Assembly: GCF_000186885.1 (NCBI RefSeq) | Contig: NC_014972.1 | Coordinates: forward strand, 1,230,001 to 1,262,000 | Length of the DNA stretch: 32,000 bases | Direction: 5' to 3' | Origin: Desulfobulbus propionicus DSM 2032 | GTDB lineage: Bacteria > Desulfobacterota > Desulfobulbia > Desulfobulbales > Desulfobulbaceae | In this document: one piece after another, positions 19,171 to 28,488 of the stretch | How the letters are laid out: the number at the start of each line of letters is the position of its first letter | How positions within the stretch are numbered: the first letter of the stretch is position 1 | Notes under the pieces: generated by a model | The model's database searches: none | Seen by the model: the letters and a program-made list of their open reading frames with translations, nothing else | Told to the model about the DNA's origin: nothing | Program-made: the position numbers and the translations under genes

Positions 19171-20367
19171 TCACGGAGCGGGATGCCGCCGGTCTTCGTC
19201 TTGATGCCAAAGAAAGCTGCGGGCCGCCAGCGGCAGGAGAAGGGCAAAGGCGCAGGCCAGGGTGAGAAAGGCGGTCTGCAGGCCACGGGTATCGCTCACC
19301 CAGCCGATCAACGGGCCGCTGACCACGTAGCCCAGACGGAACATGAGGTTGTGCAGCGAGAGGATGCTGGCCCGCATGTGCCGGGTGGCATGCTGCTGGA
19401 GGAGGCTGCGCAGTATCGGTCCCTGGAGGCCGCGCATGGCGGTCAACAGGTAGTAGAAGAGAAAGCTGCCGATCATCGAGGTCAGTCCCAGGCCCGCATA
19501 GGCGCCGACAATCAGCAGGATAAAGAGCAGAACGATGCGGCGCAGACCAAGGAGGTCGAGCACCTTGTGGCTGTGGTAGGCGCAGACGGCGACCATCAGG
19601 TTGGCCCCGGCCCAGATGGGGCCGAACCAGGCCAGGGGCACGCCGCTCTCGCGCATGAACGGCTGCACCAGCCACACCGGATAGAAGGAGGCCAACCCGA
19701 GCAGCATGCCCAGGAGGATGGTCGCCCGCAGCGGCTTGTTCTCTCCCAGGCCATGGCGGCCGATGCGCAGCGCCTCGCTCAGGTGGGAGGTGATGTGTGG
19801 CCCCTTGTCCGCGTGGGGTTCGCGGAGCGACAGCGCCACTCCCAGGGCCGCCACCCAGACGCCGATCTGGACCATGAACGGCAGCAGGGGAGCGGTGACG
19901 TACAGCAAACCGGCACAGAGTGCGCCGCCGGCCTCGCCGATCTGCGCCCAACCGGCCATCCGGCCGTCACAGCGGGTATAGAGTTCGCTCCGGCCGCCGG
20001 CGCGCAGGGTTTCGTAGAGCAGGGCATTGTCCGAGCCGCTGATAAAGGCGTAGCAGACGCCGAGCAACAGTTCGGCGCCGATCACATGCCAAAAGCTGTG
20101 CGCGAAAAGGTAGGCGGTCCAGCCGCAGATGCCAAACACACAGGCAATGACCAGGGAAAGCCGATACCCCAAGCGATCGCTGACATACCCGGAGGGGTAT
20201 TCCATCAGCAGGTTGGCGGTGGAGAAAAAGACGTTGACCAGCAGAATCTCCGAGAGCGACAGGCCGATCTGATCTTTCCAGAACACGGTGATGATCGCCA
20301 TGGGGAAAAGCATCATCTTCAGGGCGGCGAAAATGTTGAGCTTGAGGATGTTGCTGGTGATGGTCAT
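19171..20367 (-). CDS. MFS transporter
   Basis: 12-TM-like hydrophobic profile, STANLLMEYPSGYVSDRLGYR, GSDNALLYETL pattern. Confidence 0.85.
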   Translation of the reverse strand: MTITSNILKLNIFAALKMMLFPMAIITVFWKDQIGLSLSEILLVNVFFSTANLLMEYPSGYVSDRLGYRLSLVIACVFGICGWTAYLFAHSFWHVIGAELLLGVCYAFISGSDNALLYETLRAGGRSELYTRCDGRMAGWAQIGEAGGALCAGLLYVTAPLLPFMVQIGVWVAALGVALSLREPHADKGPHITSHLSEALRIGRHGLGENKPLRATILLGMLLGLASFYPVWLVQPFMRESGVPLAWFGPIWAGANLMVAVCAYHSHKVLDLLGLRRIVLLFILLIVGAYAGLGLTSMIGSFLFYYLLTAMRGLQGPILRSLLQQHATRHMRASILSLHNLMFRLGYVVSGPLIGWVSDTRGLQTAFLTLACAFALLLPLAARSFLWHQDEDRRHPAP

Positions 20368-20624
20368 GCTGGTTGCCGTGTCCGGGGAAGAGCAGAATGG
20401 AAGGCGCGTCGTGGCGGTGCCGGCCGGGCGGCGGGCGCTCCGTGCCCGGCACAGTTCTTCTATACTGTCTCAACGCGATTTTGCCATCCGTTTTCATCGG
20501 TTGCGGTACCGGCGCGGCGGTCGCAAGCGAAAGAGTGGGTGTCCTGGCCATGGGGCTGCTTGAGAAGAAGGGCGCAATGCGCGGCCTTTCCGCGAATCCC
20601 GTATTCCCCTGGAGATCGGCTTTG

Positions 20625-21272
20625 ATGACCCTCCCATGCCCCCTGTGCTTGACCTCGGATCGGACAGAGCCGGTCCGGGGCGCGGATCGACGCCGCTATT
20701 TCCACTGCCCCCACTGCCGGCTGATCTTCACCGACCCTCGGGACATGCTATCGCCGGAACAGGAACGGGCGCGCTATGGCCAGCACCAGAACAGCATCGA
20801 GGACAGCGGTTACGTCCGCTTTCTCCAGCAGATCCTCCGGCCGATGCTGCCCTTGCTCAATCCGGCCATGCGCGGCCTGGATTACGGCTGCGGACCGGGA
20901 CCGGTCCTGTCGCAGTTGCTGCGGCGCGAAGGGCTGGCCTGCGACGACTATGACCCGCTGTTTGCCCCTGGCCCCCTGCAACCGCCCTACGATTTCATCC
21001 TCTCCACCGAATGCTTTGAGCATTTTCATGTCCCTGGACGGGAGATCGCCCGGGTATGCGGCCTGCTCGCGCCCGGCGGCCTGCTGGGGATCATGACCGA
21101 GTTCTGGACCACCCAGGATCGCTTCGCCACCTGGTCCTACACCCGCGATCGGACGCATGTCGCTTTCTATCATCGGCAGACGCTTGACGTCATTGCCCGC
21201 TGTTTCGGCCTGGAACTGTTCTGGCAGGATGGCTGCCGGGTGGCGCTGTTTCGCCGTCGACCGGCCGCGTGA
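20625..21272 (+). CDS. Class I SAM-dependent methyltransferase with N-terminal zinc-binding-like CxxC...CxxC
   Basis: MTLPCPLCLTSDRTEPVRGADRRRYFHCPHCRLIF, GLDYGCGPGPVLSQLL, YDFILSTECFEHF, GLLAPGGLLGIMT. The track extends upstream to 20373. Confidence 0.85.
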   Translation: MTLPCPLCLTSDRTEPVRGADRRRYFHCPHCRLIFTDPRDMLSPEQERARYGQHQNSIEDSGYVRFLQQILRPMLPLLNPAMRGLDYGCGPGPVLSQLLRREGLACDDYDPLFAPGPLQPPYDFILSTECFEHFHVPGREIARVCGLLAPGGLLGIMTEFWTTQDRFATWSYTRDRTHVAFYHRQTLDVIARCFGLELFWQDGCRVALFRRRPAA

Positions 21273-21295
21273 GGGGTGCGCCGTGCGCTGCGCAA

Positions 21296-21348
21296 ACAAA
21301 AACCGGCAGAAACCGGGGCCGCCGAAACGACCCCAGCTCCTGCCGGTC
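21296..21348 (-). terminator. Probable intrinsic terminator for the reverse-strand 23914-21375 operon
   Basis: On the reverse strand, ACCGGCAG ... GGGG...CCCC ... CTGCCGGT followed by TTTTG. Confidence 0.55.
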
Positions 21349-21374
21349 AGGGAGGAACATCGACAGGTTCCGGT

Positions 21375-23069
21375 TTATTTCTCGCGTGGATAGGGCCAGG
21401 CCATGATGCCGCCTTCCATGACCTTGACGTTGGTGTAGCCGTGCGCCCGCAGGATGCACTCGGCCTCGTAGCCGCGCAGCGAGATCTTGCAGAAACAGAT
21501 GATCTCCGCGTCCTTGTCGGCCGGCAGTTCATTCAGGCGTGCCCGCAGGGCGCCGAGCGGGATCAGGGTCTCGCCGATGCCCAGATGCATCTCCTCGTAT
21601 TCGTTGGGGTTGCGGCCATCGAGCAGGAACGGCTTTTCGCCGGCCTGGAGCTTGTGCCACACCTCACGCACCCCGATGCCGGTCATCCGTCCCTTGAGCT
21701 TGTTTTCCATGATGTGGGCGGCGGTGATGAAGTGGTCGATGGCCGGGGAGAAGGGCGGCGCGTAGGGCAGATCGGCATTGATCACGTCCGCGAGCTTCAG
21801 CTTGCCCTGGATGGCCATAGCGGCGGTGGCGATCTGGCGGCTGACATCACCCAGACCCACGCACTGATACCCCAGAATGCGTTGCTCCTTGTCGACCAGC
21901 AGTTTGGACACCAGAATCTTGGCGCCCATGAACCCCGGTTTGTCGGGGCTGGCATTGACCACCGTGGTGTAACCGTCCATGCCGATACGCTGAGCCGCTT
22001 TCTCCGAAAGCCCGGTGGAGCCGGCGCTGAAATCGAACACTTTGCAGATGCCGGTGTGCACCGTGCCGGGAAAAGTGGCCGTGTTGCCGCAGATGATATT
22101 CTCACCGATCACCCGGCCTTCCAGATTGGCGAGGTCGCCCATGGGAGCAAAGGCAGGACTTCCGGTGATCCGGCTGGGGATCTCGACGCAGTCGCCGCCG
22201 GCATAGATGTCCGGATCCGAGGTCTGCATGTATTGGTTGACCGTGATGCCGCCGAACGTGCCGACGGCCAGTCGCGCTTCCCGGGCCAGCTCGCTGTTCG
22301 GGCGCACGCCGATGGCCATCACCGCCAGGCCGCACTCCAGGACCGTGCCGTCGGCCAGCTTGACTCCGATCAGCTTGCCGTTCTCGCCGACAAACTCCTT
22401 GACGCCGATACCGGTCAACACCCGAACACCCTTGGCCTGCATGTGGTTCTCCACCAGCTTGGCCAGATCCCAGTCGAGGAAGGTGAGCACCTGATCCACG
22501 GCCTCGACCACCGTTACCTGGATGCCTGACTGTTGCAGGGCCTCGCAGGCCTCGACACCGATCAGGCCGCCGCCGATCACCACTGCCCGCTTGACCTCAC
22601 CGGCATCGCGAATGGCCCGCAGGTAGTCGGTGTCGGCCATGGACAGCAGGGTTGTGACCCCCGGCAGATCGATTCCCGGAATGGGCGGCATGTTGGCCCG
22701 GGCGCCGGTGGCGATGACCAGCTTGTCGTAGGCCAGCGTGGTGTGCTCACCGCTCTTGCAGTGACGGCAGGTCACCTGTTTGTTTGCCCGATTGATGGCC
22801 GTGACCTCGGTTTCGACCAGGGCGGTGATCTTTTTCGCCTTCTGGAAAAAGACCGGATCGCGAACCACCCCCGCCGGCGTGCACAGCAGGGCGTTGCGAT
22901 CATTGAATACTCCGCCGACATAGTAGGGATAGCCGCAGGAGGCCATGGACAGATCCGGGGCCTTCTGGACAATGGTGATGTCGGCAAATTCATCGAGTCT
23001 TCGTGCCTTGGCCGCGGCCTTGGCACCGGCGGCCGAACCGCCGATGACAACAATTTTTTTATTCGTCAT
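21375..23069 (-). CDS. FAD/NAD(P)-disulfide oxidoreductase (CoA-disulfide reductase/NADH-oxidase-like) with C-terminal rhodanese domain
   Basis: KIVVIGGSAAGAKAAAKARR, SMASCGYPYYVGG (redox Cys), RAVVIGGGLIGVEACEAL, DIYAGGDCVEI, C-terminal PFLLDGRNPNEYEEMHLGIGETLIPLGALRARLNELPADKDAEIICFCKISLRGYEAECIL. Confidence 0.9.
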   Translation of the reverse strand: MTNKKIVVIGGSAAGAKAAAKARRLDEFADITIVQKAPDLSMASCGYPYYVGGVFNDRNALLCTPAGVVRDPVFFQKAKKITALVETEVTAINRANKQVTCRHCKSGEHTTLAYDKLVIATGARANMPPIPGIDLPGVTTLLSMADTDYLRAIRDAGEVKRAVVIGGGLIGVEACEALQQSGIQVTVVEAVDQVLTFLDWDLAKLVENHMQAKGVRVLTGIGVKEFVGENGKLIGVKLADGTVLECGLAVMAIGVRPNSELAREARLAVGTFGGITVNQYMQTSDPDIYAGGDCVEIPSRITGSPAFAPMGDLANLEGRVIGENIICGNTATFPGTVHTGICKVFDFSAGSTGLSEKAAQRIGMDGYTTVVNASPDKPGFMGAKILVSKLLVDKEQRILGYQCVGLGDVSRQIATAAMAIQGKLKLADVINADLPYAPPFSPAIDHFITAAHIMENKLKGRMTGIGVREVWHKLQAGEKPFLLDGRNPNEYEEMHLGIGETLIPLGALRARLNELPADKDAEIICFCKISLRGYEAECILRAHGYTNVKVMEGGIMAWPYPREK

Positions 23070-23134
23070 GCGCTGCCTTCCCGTTGAAAAGGTCAAAAGA
23101 AAACCGCTTGTCGGCAAGCGGTCAGAAAACCGGC

Positions 23135-23914
23135 TTATTTCCCGCTCCACACCGCCGGGCGCTTCTCCTTGAAGGCGACGATTCCTTCCTTGGCGTCGTC
23201 GGTGGCGCACAGGCGGGCAAAGGCCTCGTTCATGTAGTCAAAGGCCTTGGTGTATTCCTGGTCCGCGGCCGAGTAGAAGGCTTTTTTGGCGTGTTGCAGG
23301 GCCAGTGGACTTTTTTGCGCCAGCTTGGCGGCCCAGGTCCGGGCTTCGGTTTCCAGGTCGCCATCGGTAACCACCCGGTTGATCAGACCCATTTGTGCGG
23401 CCTCTGGGGCCGGAATGAGTTCACCGAAAAAGAGCAACTCCAGGGCCTTTTTCCTGCCCACCGACCGGCTGACCGGGATCACCGGCCCCACGCAGTTGAG
23501 GCCGACATTGATCGCGGTCAGGCCGATGCGCGCCTTCTCGCCGGCAATGGCCAGATCGGCGGCCGCCACCAGGCCGGCGCCGTTAGCGGCGGCCACGCCA
23601 TGCACCTGGGCGATCACCGGTTTGCGCATCCGGCTGATGGTCACCAGGGGCGCTTCCATGCACTCGATCCATTCCCGGTATTCCTGCACCGACTTGCCGG
23701 GAAGAAAGCTGACGTCGATACCGGCGCAAAAGGCCTTGCCCGCGCCTTTGACGAGTGCGACCCGCGCCCGGTCGTCTCGGTCGATCTCCAGCAGGGCCTG
23801 GTGCAGCTCCATAGCGAGCGGAATGTTGAAGGTGTTCAGATTCTCCGGACGATTCAGCGTGATCTCGGCCACATAATCATCGGCAAATGTTAGCGAAACA
23901 GTCTCGTACCCCAT
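23135..23914 (-). CDS. Enoyl-CoA hydratase/isomerase family protein
   Basis: AEITLNRPENLNTFNIPLAMELHQALLEI...VKGAGKAFCAGIDVSFL...AQVHGVAAANGAGLVAAADLAIAGEKARIGLTAINVGLNC. Confidence 0.92.
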   Translation of the reverse strand: MGYETVSLTFADDYVAEITLNRPENLNTFNIPLAMELHQALLEIDRDDRARVALVKGAGKAFCAGIDVSFLPGKSVQEYREWIECMEAPLVTISRMRKPVIAQVHGVAAANGAGLVAAADLAIAGEKARIGLTAINVGLNCVGPVIPVSRSVGRKKALELLFFGELIPAPEAAQMGLINRVVTDGDLETEARTWAAKLAQKSPLALQHAKKAFYSAADQEYTKAFDYMNEAFARLCATDDAKEGIVAFKEKRPAVWSGK

Positions 23915-24010
23915 GCAAACCTCCTTGATTGACAGTGAAAGGACACCTGGCTTCCGCCAGTTGTTCGACTGGACGGCGCGCCTCTTCCCCAGCGGTCCCG
24001 CCTCATCCGC

Positions 24011-24577
24011 TCATTGCCTCGTTGGCGGCGCCAGCAAGGCGAGAATTCCTCGAATCGCGCTGTAGTAGGGCTCATCCGACCCCGCTGCCTTGGCCAGCAC
24101 ATAGCCGCCCTGCACCACCCCGGCAATGGTGGCGGCGATATCGTTGACATCGAGTCCGACGGCGAATTCACCGTTGGCCACGCCCTCGTCCAGCACTTCG
24201 GCCAAACGCTGCCGCAGCCAAACAAAGGTGGCATCGACCGGCCGATGCAAGTCAGGGTTGGCAACGATCTCGGGATCGGCCGTCAGCCGGCCGAGCTGGC
24301 ATCCCTGGAGAACCTGCCGTTCCTGAAGGAGAAAGGCCTCGATTCGCGCAAAGGCGGTTCCCGGGGCGGAAAGGCGCTGTTCGGTATAGGCCCTGATCTG
24401 GTCGGCGCAGCGATGGATGGCCGCCAGAGCCAACTCGGACTTGCCGCTGAAGTGATGGTACATGCTGCCTTGGCCGACACCGGCGCGCTGCTGAATAGCC
24501 TTGGGGCTGGTGCCCACATAGCCCCGTTCCCAGAGCAACGCCTGGGTGGAGGTGATCAATCGTTCCCGTGCATCCAT
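24011..24577 (-). CDS. TetR/AcrR family regulator
   Basis: MDARERLITSTQALLWERGYVGTSPKAIQQRAGVGQGSMYHHFSGKSELALAAI HTH. Confidence 0.9.
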   Translation of the reverse strand: MDARERLITSTQALLWERGYVGTSPKAIQQRAGVGQGSMYHHFSGKSELALAAIHRCADQIRAYTEQRLSAPGTAFARIEAFLLQERQVLQGCQLGRLTADPEIVANPDLHRPVDATFVWLRQRLAEVLDEGVANGEFAVGLDVNDIAATIAGVVQGGYVLAKAAGSDEPYYSAIRGILALLAPPTRQ

Positions 24578-24604
24578 AGATTTAGTTCCCCTTGAAAATT
24601 TACA

Positions 24605-24616
24605 TACCAGTAGGTA
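24605..24616. promoter_or_regulatory. Candidate TetR operator palindrome
   Basis: TACC-AGTA-GGTA, 28 bp upstream of the tetR-like start codon. Confidence 0.5.
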
Positions 24617-24764
24617 CAATGTTGCCTGCCGAAGTGCAAGAAAAATGTGGTACCTGGGCAACGATTGCGCAACCCTGTTCCCAGGGGTTGCCAGCACGGG
24701 AACTGCTGATTATCAAGAATACATTTGAGCGTTGAGCGGAACAACCCATCACAAACCAACGGGC

Positions 24765-26183
<1,419 letters not shown>

Positions 26184-26197
26184 TTGCAACTATGCAA
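26184..26197. promoter_or_regulatory. Candidate upstream activator (enhancer) palindrome for the sigma54 regulator
   Basis: Perfect inverted repeat TTGCA-ACTA-TGCAA immediately after the regulator stop codon, with further GTGCA/GCAAC half-sites up to about 26262. Confidence 0.45.
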
Positions 26198-26320
26198 CGG
26201 TGCACAGGGTCGCATGCGGATCGCCGTGCAACGCAACAACGACCGTCCGTGCCAGTGGTGCATGGAAAATAGTCTGTTTTTTCAAAGAGATTCGCTTTTG
26301 GTTGTCATGTCGCTCTATTG

Positions 26321-26336
26321 TGGCACACAATATGCT
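26321..26336 (+). promoter_or_regulatory. Candidate sigma54 (-24/-12) promoter
   Basis: TGGCACACAATATGCT versus consensus TGGCACG-N4-TTGCW: correct GG/GC spacing, two mismatches, located between the sigma54 regulator and the NifX/ORP-like genes. Confidence 0.65.
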
Positions 26337-26347
26337 TTTAGGTGAGT

Positions 26348-26872
26348 ATGAAAGCACGAGGCCCAGGGAAAAAAATTGCCGTCACCGTCTGGGAGCAGCG
26401 GGTTTCGCCGGTGTTTGATTCGGCTCGTACCCTGTTGATCGCGGAGATCAACGGCAATGCCTTGGTCGGGACGTCCCTGCTCGCCTTTGATCCCGAACGG
26501 CCGGGAGAACTGTTGCAGATGCTTCGTGCCCAGCAGGTGATGCTGATTATCTGCGGCGCGGTGTCGGAAGGGCCGGCGTCCATGCTCGAGGCTGCGGGGG
26601 TGGAACTGATCCCCTTCATCACCGGTGACGTTCGCCAGGTCCTTGCACAGTATCTGCTGGGTCGGCCCTTTGGTCCGGAATTTCGCATGCCGGGTTGCGG
26701 CAAGCAGATCTGTTGTCGCGGCAGAATCCGGCGCGGACGGGAAATCGGGGCTGGTTCGGTCACCGCTGGGTGGATTGGTGGCGGCCGGACAGGCCGGGGC
26801 GAAAAGAGCGCCATCAACGAGGGGGCGGAGAAGCTGCCGGAAACGCCGGCATCTTCGTGGAAACACGAATGA
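26348..26872 (+). CDS. NifX/NifB-like (dinitrogenase Fe-Mo cofactor domain, ORP-related) protein
   Basis: KKIAVTVWEQRVSPVFDSARTLLIAEING...LLQMLRAQQVMLIICGAVSEGPASMLEAAGVELIPFITGDV. Start uncertain (GTG 26342, ATG 26348, or a downstream non-ATG codon). Confidence 0.78.
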   Translation: MKARGPGKKIAVTVWEQRVSPVFDSARTLLIAEINGNALVGTSLLAFDPERPGELLQMLRAQQVMLIICGAVSEGPASMLEAAGVELIPFITGDVRQVLAQYLLGRPFGPEFRMPGCGKQICCRGRIRRGREIGAGSVTAGWIGGGRTGRGEKSAINEGAEKLPETPASSWKHE

Positions 26873-26910
26873 ACGCCTGAAAGAACAACAGCGAGCGACG
26901 GAGGGAGAAT

Positions 26911-27135
26911 ATGCCTGGAATGGATGGAAAAGGTCCGACAGGAACCGGTCCCATTGGCCGGGGAATGGGCAACTGCCAGCAAAACACCACAAACGGGGAA
27001 AACGTTACGGATCAATCCCAACAACCCGCAGGAAGCGGTATGGGGGTGGGAAGAGGCCGCGGCATGGGCAACAGATGTTCCGGTGGAGCCGGGCGCTGCG
27101 GTCGCGGTGGAGGCGGTCGAAGGGGGAATCGCTGA
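26911..27135 (+). CDS. DUF5320-like small Gly/Arg/Met-rich protein
   Basis: MPGMDGKGPTGTGPIGRGMGNCQQ signature N-terminus; RBS GGAGGGAG. Confidence 0.75.
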   Translation: MPGMDGKGPTGTGPIGRGMGNCQQNTTNGENVTDQSQQPAGSGMGVGRGRGMGNRCSGGAGRCGRGGGGRRGNR

Positions 27136-27180
27136 ATTGGGGTAATTGCCCCTCCCCTGACAACAACAGTGCACAGATCA

Positions 27181-27211
27181 ACGGTTGTCGGAATTGACAG
27201 CCGTTTTTTTT
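27181..27211 (+). terminator. Intrinsic terminator or attenuator inside the cluster
   Basis: ACGGTTGTC-GGAATT-GACAGCCGT (9-bp stem with one G-T wobble) followed by eight T, 15 nt before the next start codon. Confidence 0.8.
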
Positions 27212-27226
27212 AAGGAGAGAACAGCG

Positions 27227-27625
27227 TTGACCATTGTATTCGTAGCGAAAAATTTTTCCCGCTTCTCGATTCTGGTGACCCGTCTGCGGCGCGAACAGGA
27301 CGTGGAACTGGTTCCGGTGGCCACTGGAGCCGCCGGGTTGGAGCAGCTCAAGAATAAACGCCTGGATTTGGTGATCGTCGATGAGCAGCTTGATGACATG
27401 AGCGGCGTTGATTTTGTCAAACAACTGGTGAAAGTCAACCCGTTGGCCAACACTGCCATTGTCGGTTCCCTGCCAGATGCGGAGTTCCACGAAGTCACCG
27501 AGGGGTTGGGCGTCTTGATGCAGCTGCCCCCGCAGCCGGGCGAGCGGGACGCAGAGGCACTGTTGGCCGTGCTGTCGAAGATTTTCGGGTTACTGCAAGT
27601 ACCTCCCAAACAGGAGGCCGCATGA
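27227..27625 (+). CDS. Degenerate response-regulator receiver-like protein
   Basis: TTG 27227 preceded by AAGGAGAG. MTIVFVAKNFSRFSILVTRLRREQDVELVPVATGAAGLEQLKNKRLDLVIVDEQLDDMSGVDFVKQLVKVNP resembles a REC domain. Confidence 0.65.
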   Translation: MTIVFVAKNFSRFSILVTRLRREQDVELVPVATGAAGLEQLKNKRLDLVIVDEQLDDMSGVDFVKQLVKVNPLANTAIVGSLPDAEFHEVTEGLGVLMQLPPQPGERDAEALLAVLSKIFGLLQVPPKQEAA

Positions 27626-28488
27626 TTATCAGCGTGGCCAGCGGCAAGGGCGGTACCGGCAAGACCACGGTGGCCACCAACTTGGCCATGGCGCTTGGTA
27701 GCGGCGTGGAGCTGCTTGATTGCGATGTCGAGGAGCCCAATGCCCATTTATTTCTGCAGCCAACCATCGAGCACAGCGAGCAGGTGAACACGCCCATCCC
27801 CCTGGTGAATGAATCCAAATGCACCTTTTGCAGAAAATGCTCCGATATTTGCCGCTTCAATGCCTTGGCCGTGGTGGGCAAGCGGGTGCTAATCTTTGCC
27901 GAACTCTGTCACAGCTGCGGCGGCTGCATGCTGGTCTGCCCCGAAGGCGCGATCACCGAGACCGGACGGGAGTTGGGGACGCTCGACTTCGGCCATCGTG
28001 GCGATATCCGTTTCATCAATGGCCGGTTGCGGGTGGGCGAGGCCATGTCGCCCCCTTTGATCAAACGGGTCCGGGCCGAAGCGAACCCCCAACGGCTCAC
28101 CATTGTCGACGCGCCGCCGGGCACCTCCTGTCCGGTGATTGCCGCCATGCTTGACGCGGATTTCGTCCTGCTGGTCACCGAGCCCACCCCGTTTGGCCTG
28201 CATGACCTGCGGCTGGCGGTGGCGGCGGTCAAACTGCTCGGCATTCCCGCCGGGCTGGTGGTCAACCGCGCCGACCTCGGCGACGATCAGGTCTTTGCCT
28301 ACGCCGAGGTCGAGGGATTGCCGCTACTCATGGCCATCCCCTTTGACCGGCGTATCGCCGAGGCCTATTCGCGCGGCCGGCTGATCGTGGAGGAGCTGCC
28401 CGAGTGGCGCGAAAAATTCATCCAACTGTCTCAACGGATAGAAACCATCGTCAACAGGAGCACGGCGGCAACATGCGTGAACTCGTAA
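27622..28488 (+). CDS. MinD/Mrp-like P-loop ATPase with internal 2x[4Fe-4S] ferredoxin domain
   Basis: ISVASGKGGTGKTTVATNLA (deviant Walker A), CTFCRKCSDICRFNAL...CHSCGGCMLVCPEGAI, IVDAPPGTSCPVIAAM. Confidence 0.92.
   Translation: MIISVASGKGGTGKTTVATNLAMALGSGVELLDCDVEEPNAHLFLQPTIEHSEQVNTPIPLVNESKCTFCRKCSDICRFNALAVVGKRVLIFAELCHSCGGCMLVCPEGAITETGRELGTLDFGHRGDIRFINGRLRVGEAMSPPLIKRVRAEANPQRLTIVDAPPGTSCPVIAAMLDADFVLLVTEPTPFGLHDLRLAVAAVKLLGIPAGLVVNRADLGDDQVFAYAEVEGLPLLMAIPFDRRIAEAYSRGRLIVEELPEWREKFIQLSQRIETIVNRSTAATCVNS

Noticed and set aside
18301-20625. 774-aa forward ORF antisense to ade and the MFS gene
   Set aside because: Shadow ORF typical of high-GC DNA: Arg/Gly/His/Gln-rich, no domain motif, and both reverse-strand genes have clear family signatures.
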